DNA of 63,161 nucleotides, the filler included, from Welwitschia mirabilis (lineage: Eukaryota): assembly GCA_051453625.1 (NCBI GenBank). It is 6 parts of one record of this genome, joined end to end, with 100 filler letters (N's around TTAATTAATTAA, not from the genome) between each part and the next. Parts side by side here need not be neighbours in the genome. Positions count along the whole stretch, not along the records: positions 28,380 to 57,279 come from JBOZIK010000001.1; 5 more parts are not named here. One strand, given 5' to 3'. Positions 43,064 through 55,390 of this stretch are shown piece by piece. How positions within the stretch are numbered: position 1 is the first letter of the stretch; the number at the start of each line of letters is the position of its first letter. Both the position numbers and the translations under genes were made by a program. Below the pieces are notes generated by a model. The model saw only the letters and a list, made by a program, of their open reading frames with translations, was not told the DNA's origin and searched no databases.

Positions 43064-43252
43064 GGGGGGTGGGGGGTTGTTAAGGTGGAGAATTAACTCA
43101 TTGTGACCGTAGCACCCCCCAGGTTACAGCCACATTCTTTTTTCTTTNNNNNNNNNNNNNNNNNNNNNNNNNNNNNNNNACATGGGAATCGAACTTCGAA
43201 CTTGTTGCCTCACAGGCATATGTCTTTACCACTGGACCAAAGGCCCACAGAC
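43064..43252 (-). mobile_element. tRNA-derived SINE with 12-bp TSD
   Basis: Perfect TTCTTTGGAATT duplication (43052-43063 and 43253-43264). Minus-strand A-box TGGTCCAGTGG (43239-43229) and B-box GTTCGATTCC (43194-43185). 3' hairpin at 43102-43134 and C-rich 3' end. Internal N gap 43148-43179. Confidence 0.85.
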
Positions 43253-45954
43253 TTCTTTGGAATTACAAGAATAAAAGAATCATAAAGAGGAATATGAAGC
43301 TTTCATTTTTGGAAATTTTCATATATCTTTATAATTACTGTTAAGTATAATTTAAAGAATTCCATTAGAAATCAATCCAAACCTTGTGCTTTATTATTAT
43401 GCATTAAAATGGTAATGCATGTTAAATTTTTATTTTTCTCCCTTAAAGCTATATTCAAAACTAGTTTATGTTCATTTGAAAAGGGTGTTCAATAAGAATG
43501 TTTCATAGTTTCACTTGATGATACTAGTGTATGCTTTATAATTAAGCTTGAAATTTAGTAATATCTTCTCACTTGATGATTCTAATATATTCTCTAGAAT
43601 TGCTCTTGAAATTTAGCAACAAATTCTAAGTTAGTAGTACATAAATTAGCATTGCATCATTATTTTGACATGTTGCTTTTCACTGTTGAGGATTAGATTC
43701 TTGATTCAAGTTATGTTGATGATTTTGTGACTATTTATTATTTAGAATAATAATTTTATAAAATCCTTCTAATGCTATGAAGAAAAGTGTTATTCCATTC
43801 GTGAATTTCTAAACTACATTTAGTGGTTACCTCTATTCATATAATATTATAATTATTGCAATAGTAAAATATGCTACTATGATTAATGTAGATGATAATA
43901 ATATTAACATAAAACTACAGTCATCATTATGATACAAAAAACCCTAACAGTAATTCTTCTATAAGCATTATAAGAAAATTTAAAGATCATAATCACTTCT
44001 ATAGGTCAAATTAAATAATAGAATAGAGTGAAATTTTTTCAAAGGAAATAAAAAACATATAAAAATTCTTCTCACAAGAACTAGAAATGATTATTCACAA
44101 GACAAATAACCAATAAAGACTAAATAAGAAAAACCACCAGAATCACTAATATTAGCTTATTCAAGATGATACATCATTAAGTAATGAGGATTTTATGAGA
44201 AGGCTTTAAATCAATTACTATAGATTTTAAACATCATAAATGTAAATAAAAGAAATTATAATATCAGAATAGTATAATTATTATATATAAAAATTATCTT
44301 AAAATGTAATGTAGAAAATAAAAAGCGTAAAAGAGGTCTTGGATCTAATACATTAATTACATCCTAAAAGTACATTAAAGTTGTTAAATATGAATAAATG
44401 AATAATAAATAAACATTTAAAATGGAATATTACAATGCAACTAATCATAAATAAATCAATAATAAAATAGAAGAAAGCATCTAATTATAGACCAAATTCT
44501 ATTAAGTACAGATACCCTTAGGCTTGAGAAGGAAATTGCCTCATGAAATGATCATTTTGACATGCTTAAGAAGGAAGAAAGGAGGCATATAATCTTATAA
44601 TGAGACAAGCCCTGATCATAGCCATGAAAGTCATAATGAGATTAATGAAAAATAATAAAAATGATAAAGTAATATGGACTCAAATAGGAATTCAAATTAA
44701 GGATCCTTTAATGAAGTAGTGATTAAGTTATGGATTCCTAACCCTCAACATAAGCTATGCTTTTATAGCCTTAGGATGAGGGCATTACATTTAATTTGAC
44801 ATGCTTCATAGATTGAAATTTATTAAATCTAGCTAAAATAGAATTACTTAATCATTAAGATTAATTATATTGATTCTTATTGTAATTTTCCTAATTTTTA
44901 GCATTTGATTAACTTTTGATTAACTTGCTAACTCTAATTTTTAGAAACTGGTCTTTATTCCTTCGTTTAGAAGATCTATTATGAATATGATGATAACACT
45001 ACTTAAGTTAAGATTTACATCTTCATTTAAATTTAAAATAGAATAACATGACCTGCATAGTAAGAGTATCAGTCCTTCACAATTAATAATTAGAATCAAA
45101 GGTTAACTAGTAAAAAATGAATGTTCAACATGCTTGTTATAGCCTTAAAATAATTAATCTACTAACTTTTAAAGAATTAAAATTGTAAAAATTTAACTGT
45201 AATCACCCCCTAACTATCACTACATTAGTTTTGAGCAAATAGTGCAAAAACTTTAAGTTCAAAAGGCTATTTATCATTTCAAAATTTATTTGAAGTATCA
45301 TAATCAAGCTTAAAAATAGGTGTTTAAATGAGCTTAAAAACCTTAAACATGAATGAAAATTCATCTATTTTATCAAATCAAGTTAAATTTATACATCTTA
45401 TTATAAAGTAAATAAGATTTTATATCTTATCAAGTTCCATTACAGTTCTAATTATTAATATTTTCCTCAAAGTTTCAATTCTTATTTTTTGAAAATAGAG
45501 AAAAGTAAAGAAACTATGTGTTATTGTTTTTAACTAAATGTAAGACAAAATATGATGAAAAATAGGAAAATTTTCAAGTCTTGATGTCCCCTAATCAAAA
45601 TATTACATTTTCTTTAATATTATAAATGATTAACAGTACACTAAAAATTTAAATTTAAAATAACTAAAAACCAAAAAAATATATTATTTAATTCCAAAAA
45701 AATTTGCAAACATAAAAAACATTCTAAATATCATAGATAAATGCAGAATAATCATAAAGGAAAAAAGATAAACAACATAAAGTGAATGAATTTCTCCACT
45801 TTTATTGTTAAAAAATCTTACTTCTCTTCTTTGTGAACTCTATAGAGGCAAATAAAACTTTTGTGGCATTATTCTAAAGTAGTGAAATATGAAATATAGT
45901 GCTTCATTTTCATCTTCTTCTCTAAGCACGCTTGCAATCTATAAGAGCATGTTC

Positions 45955-47964
45955 TATTGTTATCCAACTATAGTAGTTCTATGTAATGTTTGTCTTTTAA
46001 AGAAATGTCTATATTTATTATATATCTTATTTATTATAACATTTGTCCTTTAGGTATTCTTATTGTAACGTCTATCTTTTTTGTAATGTATGTCTTTTAG
46101 GCATTCTTATTGTAATGTCTATCTTTATTGAAACATCTTATAAGAAATTATGTCCTATAAATATGTGGATCATGTACTATTTAATAAAATTTGATTAAAG
46201 ACTTAGATTCTTAGATTTAAAGGCTTCATCCTCGAAGTGATTAATGGAGGCTAATCACCCTTGTAGTGATTAATGGAGGCCTAACCCCCTTAAAGTGGTC
46301 ACTCTTTTTTTTTAATTTTTATGTTTCATTTTACATTGCTATGATTGGGTTCTTAATATTTGGTATCAAAGATATGACGATTTGAATGAAAGAATAAGTA
46401 CAAGCAAGGTTGGAGAAAAAGATGCAAACCTTAAAGGAGATGGTAAAGAGAGAAATTCATGAATTACAAGAAATCATTGATCGTAAGGTGGAGGAGTTGA
46501 AGAGCCTAATGATTGATGTGGATCTTAAATATGAACAATCATTAAATATGGCCAATCATTTAACCAATCCTACATTGGGGAATTTATGAAGCTATAACAG
46601 ACTTCTACAGGGTGGGAGTACTAAGATTGTTTTGAATGCTTAGCCAATAGAAATATAGGATTGACATAGGAATTTATAGTGGTTTACTTTATAAGTGAAC
46701 TTAAGGAAGAGTTGAAACATGATGTTTACATGTTTCGATCAACTAGGATGACTCAAGAAGTTGGGTTAGCAAGGCTCAAAGAAGAACTACTACTCATTCT
46801 TCATAAGAACAGTGAGGTAAATTACATCATATATATCTCTGATGTCTCTAATTTAGCATTTATGCTATCATCTATTAAAATCTTGACACTATATGAGGCT
46901 AAGGTGCCATAGGATGTCCTAAATATAGATAAAATTATATCATCTCTAAGTGACATTGTGTCCATGGAAGACTACCAAGAGAGCAATGGCGATGATGTGG
47001 TAGTAATCAAAACCAATTGTGACTAGTGCAGAATCTCCTTTTAAAGGCCAAGTGAAAATAATAGACCAACAACGTAGACCAAGGAATTCTCAAGCATGAT
47101 AATTGAACCCAAGCCTCTAGAGGAATCTGGAACATTCTTATCAATAATATTTGAGTATACAATTCTATAGTAGGAATCAAATTGAAGACAATGATGTGTA
47201 GTAAAAGCCTAGTGGGGACATCTCTAAAGAACATCCAAATAGCCATGCAGTTTAAGGTAGATGATAGAAAGCACATGGACAATGGCTAGAATAGAAGTGC
47301 TATGTGAGTGATAGAGAACACTACAACTGTGAATGTATTCTTAAGTGAAAGATTTAATTTTGACCTTTAAATACTCTTTGATTTGTGCAATAATGATGTA
47401 GATGATATGAAGCTTCTAATAGGGCTTAGAATTGGAGCTACATGAGAATAACTTTACAAGCTTAAAGAAAAGTTTCTAGACTTTCAACTTTAAGGACAAG
47501 GTTATTTCGAAGTGGGATGAAATGTTGCAATTCCACTATAGTGATTTTATGTAATGTTTGTATTTTCAATAAACATCTATCTTTATTTTAATGTTTATAA
47601 TATTTTATTTATTTTAATGTTTATCTTTTAGGTATCCTTATTGTAACATCTATCTTTATTGTAGTGTCTGTCTTTTAGGTATCCTTATTATAACATTCAT
47701 CTTTATTGTAACGCGTTATAGAACTTGTGTCCTATAAATATGTGGCTCATGTAACATTTAATAAAAATTTAATGAAGACTTGAATTCTTGTATTTGAAGG
47801 CTAATCACCCTTAAAGTTATTAATGGAGGCTAGTCAACCTCAAAGTAATTAATGAAGGCTAATCATCCTTGCAGTGATTAATGAAGACCTAAATCCCTCA
47901 AAGTAGCTACTCTTATTGTAATTTTTATGTTTTATTTTACATTATTATGATTGTGTTTATAACA
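45955..47964 (+). mobile_element. ~2-kb non-autonomous chromovirus derivative (Reina-like): LTR-PBS-gag fragment-chromodomain-PPT-LTR
   Basis: LTRs at 45955-46358 and 47523-47964 (TGTTG...AACA). PBS TGGTATCAAAG at 46361-46371. Gag FISELKEELKHDV.MF...GLARLKEE (ORF 46679). Chromodomain end GAT*E..YKLKEKFLDFQL*GQ (~47434-47500) runs into PPT GTGGGATGAAA. Near-TSD tgttc/ttttc. LTRs contain ~48-bp and ~29-bp internal tandem repeats. Confidence 0.85.
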
Positions 47965-48979
47965 TTTTCATCACGTAAGAAATGCCATTAGACCTCCAAA
48001 TCATCCTAGGGAAGAACATCTATGATGCTTTAGTCCAAGTCTCAATGCTGCCAATTGGGCAGCTACCATGCCTTCCTCCATCTTTAATGAGATTACTGTC
48101 AAATCCATGTGTCATTAGATCAATTTTCTATAGCATTACACATGTGAATATAGGGCTAAATCTATTAGGGAAAGGGGAACACAGATAGCCTAAAAGTGAA
48201 AGAGATTTTTCAAGGACTTTATGATTGCATTGATTACTTTAGCTAATAGGAGTTTCTAATCTTTTTAATGTCATTAGTATCATTATGGCTATTACTAAAG
48301 GATCTAATTAATATAGTCTTGAAATTTGTTTTCCATGGAATTGTAGAGCTTAACATGTTGCTATCCATGAGGAGCATTAAATGCTCATTATCAAATCCCT
48401 TACTAGAGCACTTCGCTTATACCTAGTGCATCATCTTGTATGAAAGTATTTGGTACCAGAAGTTTTTTTCCTTGCTTATTCATTTTCTACATTGTTCCAG
48501 TGACAAGATCAAATCAACAGCTAAAAGTTATTATGAAAATAATATTAGCTATTCATAGGCTTTCTGTTGGAAGACTCCTTTTTGAGAATTGAACTTATAA
48601 CTATAAGCTTATCCACGAATGAGTAATAAGAAGAAACTACAAATATCATGTAAAACAATTAAGCTTATATTAGAAAATGGAGGCCTTAATCTTGGCCATG
48701 TGATAATGGTTATTTACTTTCATTAGCTTTAAGATAGTATATTTTAACAAACCCTTAATTCCTCCACACATTTTTCCAAGATCCACAAATAATAGAATTA
48801 TAGTAATCATCCCAGTTTCTTTTTATTGATAGACTTTTTTGAAGATTGAACTCACAACCACAAAGTAAGAGGAACACTACTTTACTATTAGGACATCTCT
48901 AAGGAGATAATCATCCTAGATTAGCTTAATGAATAAATCACTTAACCCTTCCAACATTTCTTTGTCATGACTAATGCAT

Positions 48980-51720
48980 TTAAGTTTCAAAATGTTAGAA
49001 TTTTCATTATGCTATGAAATATTATTCTAATAAATCTAAATAACCAATTTAACATAATCCATTATAAGTAGAATAACTTTGTACTAATTAATGACATGGT
49101 CTACACAAACCAATGTACATTAGGAGGTAAAGGCCCACAATAATTTATACCCTAAACATTAAATTGTTCAATCTCAAGAATAGGTGAAAGGGCATAAAAT
49201 CTATCTTTTCAATACTACCTAAGCATTAACATCTATCACAATATTTATAATACTCATAAGTATCTTTACAAATGGTTGGTCAACTAGATCAGATTATAGA
49301 ATTTTATAAGAAGTTTTCTTAGCAAAAAAGTAGTTTCCACAAACTTCATCATGTGCAAATTTTAAAATTCTCAAAGAGTTAGGTACTTATGAATAACTCG
49401 GTTATGTTAATGTTCAAATACCTTATGATTATTCTAAAATACTTATTTATTTCATACAAGAATTAATTCTTATCTTGGATACTATAATAATCATGAAACT
49501 TGCGAGTATTAACATAATTAATAATGCTAGCATACTAAGGTTACTCTTATAAATCTAGAAGGCACTCATTAGGAAATATATTATTAATAACCAATGATCA
49601 TAATATGAGATAATTAATTTGTAATAACATTCTTTACTTTTGTTTTAATTCTTAATCTCTAGGTCAAATACTTATAATAGAAAATTTCATTTTATAAGTC
49701 TAACTTTAGAATATTTCTTTATTTATTAGATATGTAAAAGTAGAATGATCAGTAAAGACAATGGTTCTTGCACTTACAAGATATGATAATGACTCTTTCT
49801 TGGTTATTGTATAATTCAGTTGAGGATTTTATAAGACTTTAGTTATATAGTAAAAAAAATATGGTTTTCCATTTCTTATTTGTCCTAAGGAAGCTCCTAA
49901 AGCATGATCACTTACATCATAAAGTAATTTAAAATAAAGCAACCAATCACAAGTTTGTAACATAGTAATGAAGTAAAAATAGATTTTAATGTTTCAAACG
50001 CATTTTCACATTTATAAACCTAATCAGAAAATACATCTTTGATAATAAAATGTGATAAAGGCCTTACAATTCTATAAAATTCTTAAATAAATATTTTATA
50101 ATACCTAATATATTCTAGAAAGGATCTTACATTCCTAATGCTTTTAAAAATGGAAAGATGAAAGATAAGTTGAATCTTAGTTTGGTTTATTTCTATTTTA
50201 TTTTTAAATACTACATATCCTAAAAGAGGAATGCTAATTTTTTCTTTCTTAAAGATTTTTAAGTATTTTTCTTTAAGTTGTTATTCCCCCATAGGAATAA
50301 AACATTTTGGAAATAGTCCTTTCTTAAATTCTTCACATCTATGTTTTTTCGTATCATCTTTATCATCTTTTTTAGTTTCATTAGTAGTTAAAATTCCTAG
50401 GTTAGATGTAGAGGGGCTTTCTCTTACTGGTTAAAACTTTTTCATGTGTCTGTATATCACTTCTAAGTGAGATAGCATTTACTCACCTAAATTCTTTTAT
50501 CTTTTAACCATGTTAACTACTTTGAGTTGGGAATAGGTCAATATAAAATATTACCATTTTTTTTCTTTGGTTGATTAAATATAATAGCAAGAGGTAGTTT
50601 GAGAAAGTTTATTTAAATCTTGTTCTACATGTTGAAGAGTTTATGCTATTTAGTTATTATTTTTAAAATGTTTTTTTAGATGTTTAATTTAAGATTAGCT
50701 ACATCTTTATGAAGTATATGCTTTATTTTGTAAGAATTTCCAAGGAATTTTGTTCTTTCATTTTGGGATTATGAATATCCATATTGGAATGATGGCTATT
50801 ATTGTTATACATAAAAGGATCTTCTAAATTATACATTATTCACTTAATTAGCCATTATATGTTTATGAATAGGAAGAGAATGATATCCTTGCATTTCACA
50901 CTTATTAGACATATAACAGATTCACTAGCTTACATGATTTAAATAATTCAACTTATTCTAAACATTTGGCTATGGTATCTGATGTTATTTTCTCATCTAA
51001 TTTGTATATATCTCATCCTATGAATTTACTAAATGGTTAAGTTTATTAGTTAAAACTTCATCTCTGGATAATATTTCTTAAATTTTAGCACTCTCAGCTA
51101 TGTTTTCTAAAGTATCCTAAGATTCTTTCAATTTTTTAAATGTAAAAGTTCCTTCATTTATCCTTTCAATTGTTTTCCCACTTTGGAATTTTAATCCTTC
51201 ATAGAAAATTTCATTATTTTCTATGCTTTCAAGCCATGTTAAGGGTATTTCATTAATAATTTTTTGAAACCTTCAAATGCTTTATAGAAAGGCTCATTGG
51301 CGTATTATTGAAAGTCTATCATGTTACATCTTAATTCATTGGTTTTATGTGTTGGTGAATACTTTTCCTAGAATTCATAGGTGAAATCTCTTCATGACCT
51401 CATTGAAAATAGCTTTATAGCATATAGTCATGTTTTGGCTTTTTCTTCTAAAGGAAAGAAAAATAGCTTCATCCTAACGATAACATTTTAATCCCTTATG
51501 GTTAATACACTAGCTTCAAATTTATGTAAGTTTTCATTAGAACATTCAAAATTAAGGTCATAAAATTTGGGTAATAAGTTGATAATGGTCAACTTTATTT
51601 TAATATGATTTATATGAGGTAACAAAACAATACAAAAAGATGTAACTAAACACTTAGATTTTCATAAAGCTTTTAATATGCTCCTTGGTTAATCTAAACA
51701 CGCATTATCTTTATTAGTGT
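48980..51720 (-). pseudogene. Decayed Athila-type gag fused by deletion to RT C-terminus, RNase H and integrase N-half
   Basis: Minus-strand motifs: TIINLLPKFYDL (~51590), IFKKEKISIPLL joined to GYVV (~50225), VRSFLEY.RYYK.FI (~50130), and integrase PILEIEQFNV*GINYCGPLP (~49183-49125). Confidence 0.8.
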
Positions 51721-54700
51721 CAAACATGGCTAAATCTACTAACTAGATCTCTAAATAGTTTTGAGTGAATATTCTTTCATCTAAAAGATGGATTCAAAGT
51801 AGTTATCATTAAATCCATTTAGAATTTATTCAAGTTTTGGATGTTCTTTATTAAATTCTATATGTAATTATAATAGAAATTATAACCTAATAATTCATGA
51901 GAGGTTAAGATTGATAAAAAGATTTTTAAGATAGACTACTAAGAAAAAATGATTTAAAAAATGCTAAAAGACATCATTTCAAATTCCAAGTGACAAATTT
52001 TATAAAAACTAAATAGCAAAACTTATAGGACAAATGATGATGCCAGTTTAAAGTTGATTAGGATAATAATTTTACATTATGAAAAATAGACAATAAACAG
52101 ATTATAAATTTATGTAATATTGCATAATATAAATCACAAAAAAAATTTAGAATTTAAAATCTTATATAATGATAACAAGGATAGACTTAGTGATAGCAAA
52201 TCACACAATACAAATATGTATATGAATTTTGATATGTAATTAAAATCCTATCCTTTTTACAACTAATTATAATAATAACAAGGCCTAGTGCACCTAGACA
52301 GAAGTGAGATCCCACAAAGTTAATATGAAGTAAATGATTTATAGATTCTAATCCCCATGCTTTGAGTGCTGCTAGTTCCTCTAAAACCAAAAATGTTTTT
52401 GTAATTTTTATATAAGTGGATGTAAATATTAAAACTAAAAATTGTTTAAAAAGAAAAAAATTTGATGAGCCAAGGAATACTAATTGAAATCCTCAATTAT
52501 GGTACTAATAACATGCTACACATTAATAATAGTTATATTTTTAACCTTTGAATTTATGCCTTTGCTATAAAGGCATATGTAGAGTCTTAAATTCATAAAA
52601 CTAGGAATGTATATGGTAGTATAGATAACTCTAACTAACATTCTCTTCTCAAGGACTATAAGAGAATTTCAAAGAGATGACTAAAGTATGATTGAGAGAG
52701 TTTGGAAAAAGAGTTGATAGATTCAATATTTAAAAAGTTATCCTCCTAAGTTGTATAAATGATTATTCATAAAACAAATTGCCAAGCAAGTATAACCTGA
52801 GATCAAGATATTACACTAAGTACCAAATGGTTTGATAGATAAGTAATAAAGTATTAATTATACATTTCAAACATCATGCATTCACTTTGTTTAAAGATGA
52901 TTCATATTGCAATGAAGTGTAGAAAATAGTAAAATAATATAAAATATGCCATAAACACTAACATACTAATCATCTAACACTAACAATATATTAAAGAAAA
53001 CAACCGTAAATGATAAATATGAAAGAACATTTGAAATGTATAATGCATAACTAGTAATCATAGTTATATCAATGATGGAATAAAACATAAATCTAATCAT
53101 AGATCGAAGTATAATCACTAATAATGTGAACACTACAAGAGATATCACTTTAATATAAAAATAAAATCTCAGACTTGATAAGGTTGATGCTTCTGAAATA
53201 ATCATCTCCCTGTCCCTAGGAATGAAGAAAAGAGGCCTAAAACCTTATGATTAAATAGTACTTCATTATAGTCATGGAGAATATTAATCTAAAAGGACAA
53301 ACATTAAATAGGAAAATGATCATAAATTGGATTACTTTTCTTTAAGGAACGCTTTTCTTAAATGTCCTAGGATTAGCTTGTTGATTACATGGGTATGTAA
53401 TTTGTATGTTAATTATTAATCTTTTTAATATTTCTTTTTACTCTTTGATTAGTAAATTGAATTTTGTTACATTCTATAAGTCTCATTTGATCATACGTAA
53501 TCTAATTAAAATCCATATTTTTCAAGATTTGTTTCCCATAGAATCTTAGTAACACCAACCCTTTTGAGTCACTTAGTAGGTCCAAAAGTTGGGTATTCCA
53601 AAATGATTCATAAATCTAATTCTAACTCTTTTTCAATAACATTTTAGAAATTATAAGAGTTTAAACCTAGCTAATGATTCTTTAATGATAAAATTGGTAT
53701 GCATAGCCTTATGATATATTATTTACTAAGTTTTGATAGGACAAATATGTTAAAATAAAAGTGTAAAGAATAGTTATTTGGTATTTTAGAATCAAATGCA
53801 TAATGGGGATTCGTCTTACATTTCTGCACTTTACTTGGATTATTTATTTCTTCTTGAATCACCTTTGTAATGATTCTTCTTTTAGTTTACACATTTATCC
53901 TAAGTTCTTAGCTTACTATGTATACTTCCATAATAGTTTCCTTTGCAACCTTGCTTGCTACTACCTATATTATAATCAACTTCACCACTTACAACATTAG
54001 TTATAGTAATATTCCATTATCATATATTGTAATGCTTATCATGGTCTATCATGATTTTAGCTAGCATTTCGAAATCTATGGTCTTTAACTTTTCATCAAC
54101 TAATAGTGTAATGATGACTTGGGAAATATGTTAAAAAAAAACTCAAGCACTCTAAACTAGGAATTCCCACATAATGAACTATTGCTTATAGTTGTTTCTG
54201 AGAATCTTATGGTTTTTTCATAGGTCATTAATTGCCTTCAATTCCTTGCCTCTTTTCAAGTGAAGACTTTTCATCTTATTTAACAAATAGGTGAACAACA
54301 TATTTTATTTCTTACTGAATGCTATCTTAAATGATTTTACAATCTCATATGTTGTTGTACATTTTTGTTTCATCTAATAATGATGTACATTTGTAACTAA
54401 AATAATTGAATATTATGAGACTTCATCAATGGCATATCAATTTACAACTACCTTATTTCCTAATACTAGAAATGGATGATGTTATCTTTGAAATGATCCT
54501 TATATGTTTATTTATCTTTTTACCAAAATAAGTATACTATGTCACCTATGCTAATTAGACTTATCTTCAAAGACCAAACCCATCTTTGTCTTGAAATCAT
54601 TTAACATTTTTACTATTTCTATTATGATTTTGTTAATATTGAATGTCTCAAATCCACATGAGACCATTCTTTTAAGATTTTAAGATTTATAATCATTGCT

Positions 54701-55271
54701 AAAACATCTTTTCTTTAGAGTAAGAAAAGTAGTGTAAGGTCTAAACTATTTTAGATGTGCCCCTTTAGGTTTTTCACGCCCTATGTAGCCACTAAATTCA
54801 TAATTTAAACAACAAATGTCATATTATCTAGTATGATAGAATAGTAGTTGAAATTACAAGCATGAAAATGCAAATCTGTTATTGGTTGATAAAAGAACTT
54901 TATAGAAATCTCCCATTCTTGGTGTTTAATATCCTCTTGAAATTAGTGATTATAGAAGTATAGCTATGGACATGTAATGTCTTAACCCAAAAAATTAATG
55001 TTTCATCATTCTTAATTTATTCTTCACTATTCCCTTTTTTTTTTGGAGGTAATCATTTAAACACCTTAGGAATTTATCAGCAAATGATCTACATCTCTAA
55101 AATCAGAATTCCCTTTGTTAAAAAATCTATAGAAATTTTAAAAAACTATGATTTCAAACCTTAAAACCCCTACTATCTACAAGATTTTGTTTCCTACAAA
55201 TGAAGTATTAGTTCAAATATCACTTGATGATTGATGATTAGATTTGGTTTGACAATGTTTTCATAGTGGAA

Positions 55272-55390
55272 TTTGACTAGATTTGACTAAATTTTATTAT
55301 TTAATAGAGCTTGACTAAATTTGACTAACTTTGACTAAGTTCGACAGTTTAACAAGGTTTGAATAAGTTTTTGACTGAGTTTGATACATG
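55272..55390 (+). repeat. Degenerate 10-bp tandem repeat (TTTGACTAAR)
   Basis: tttgactaga, tttgactaaa, cttgactaaa, tttgactaac, tttgactaag, tttgactgag visible in succession. Confidence 0.7.

Noticed and set aside
43170-43252. Functional tRNA gene
   Set aside because: A/B boxes are present but no convincing cloverleaf; the TSD and extra 3' body indicate a SINE.
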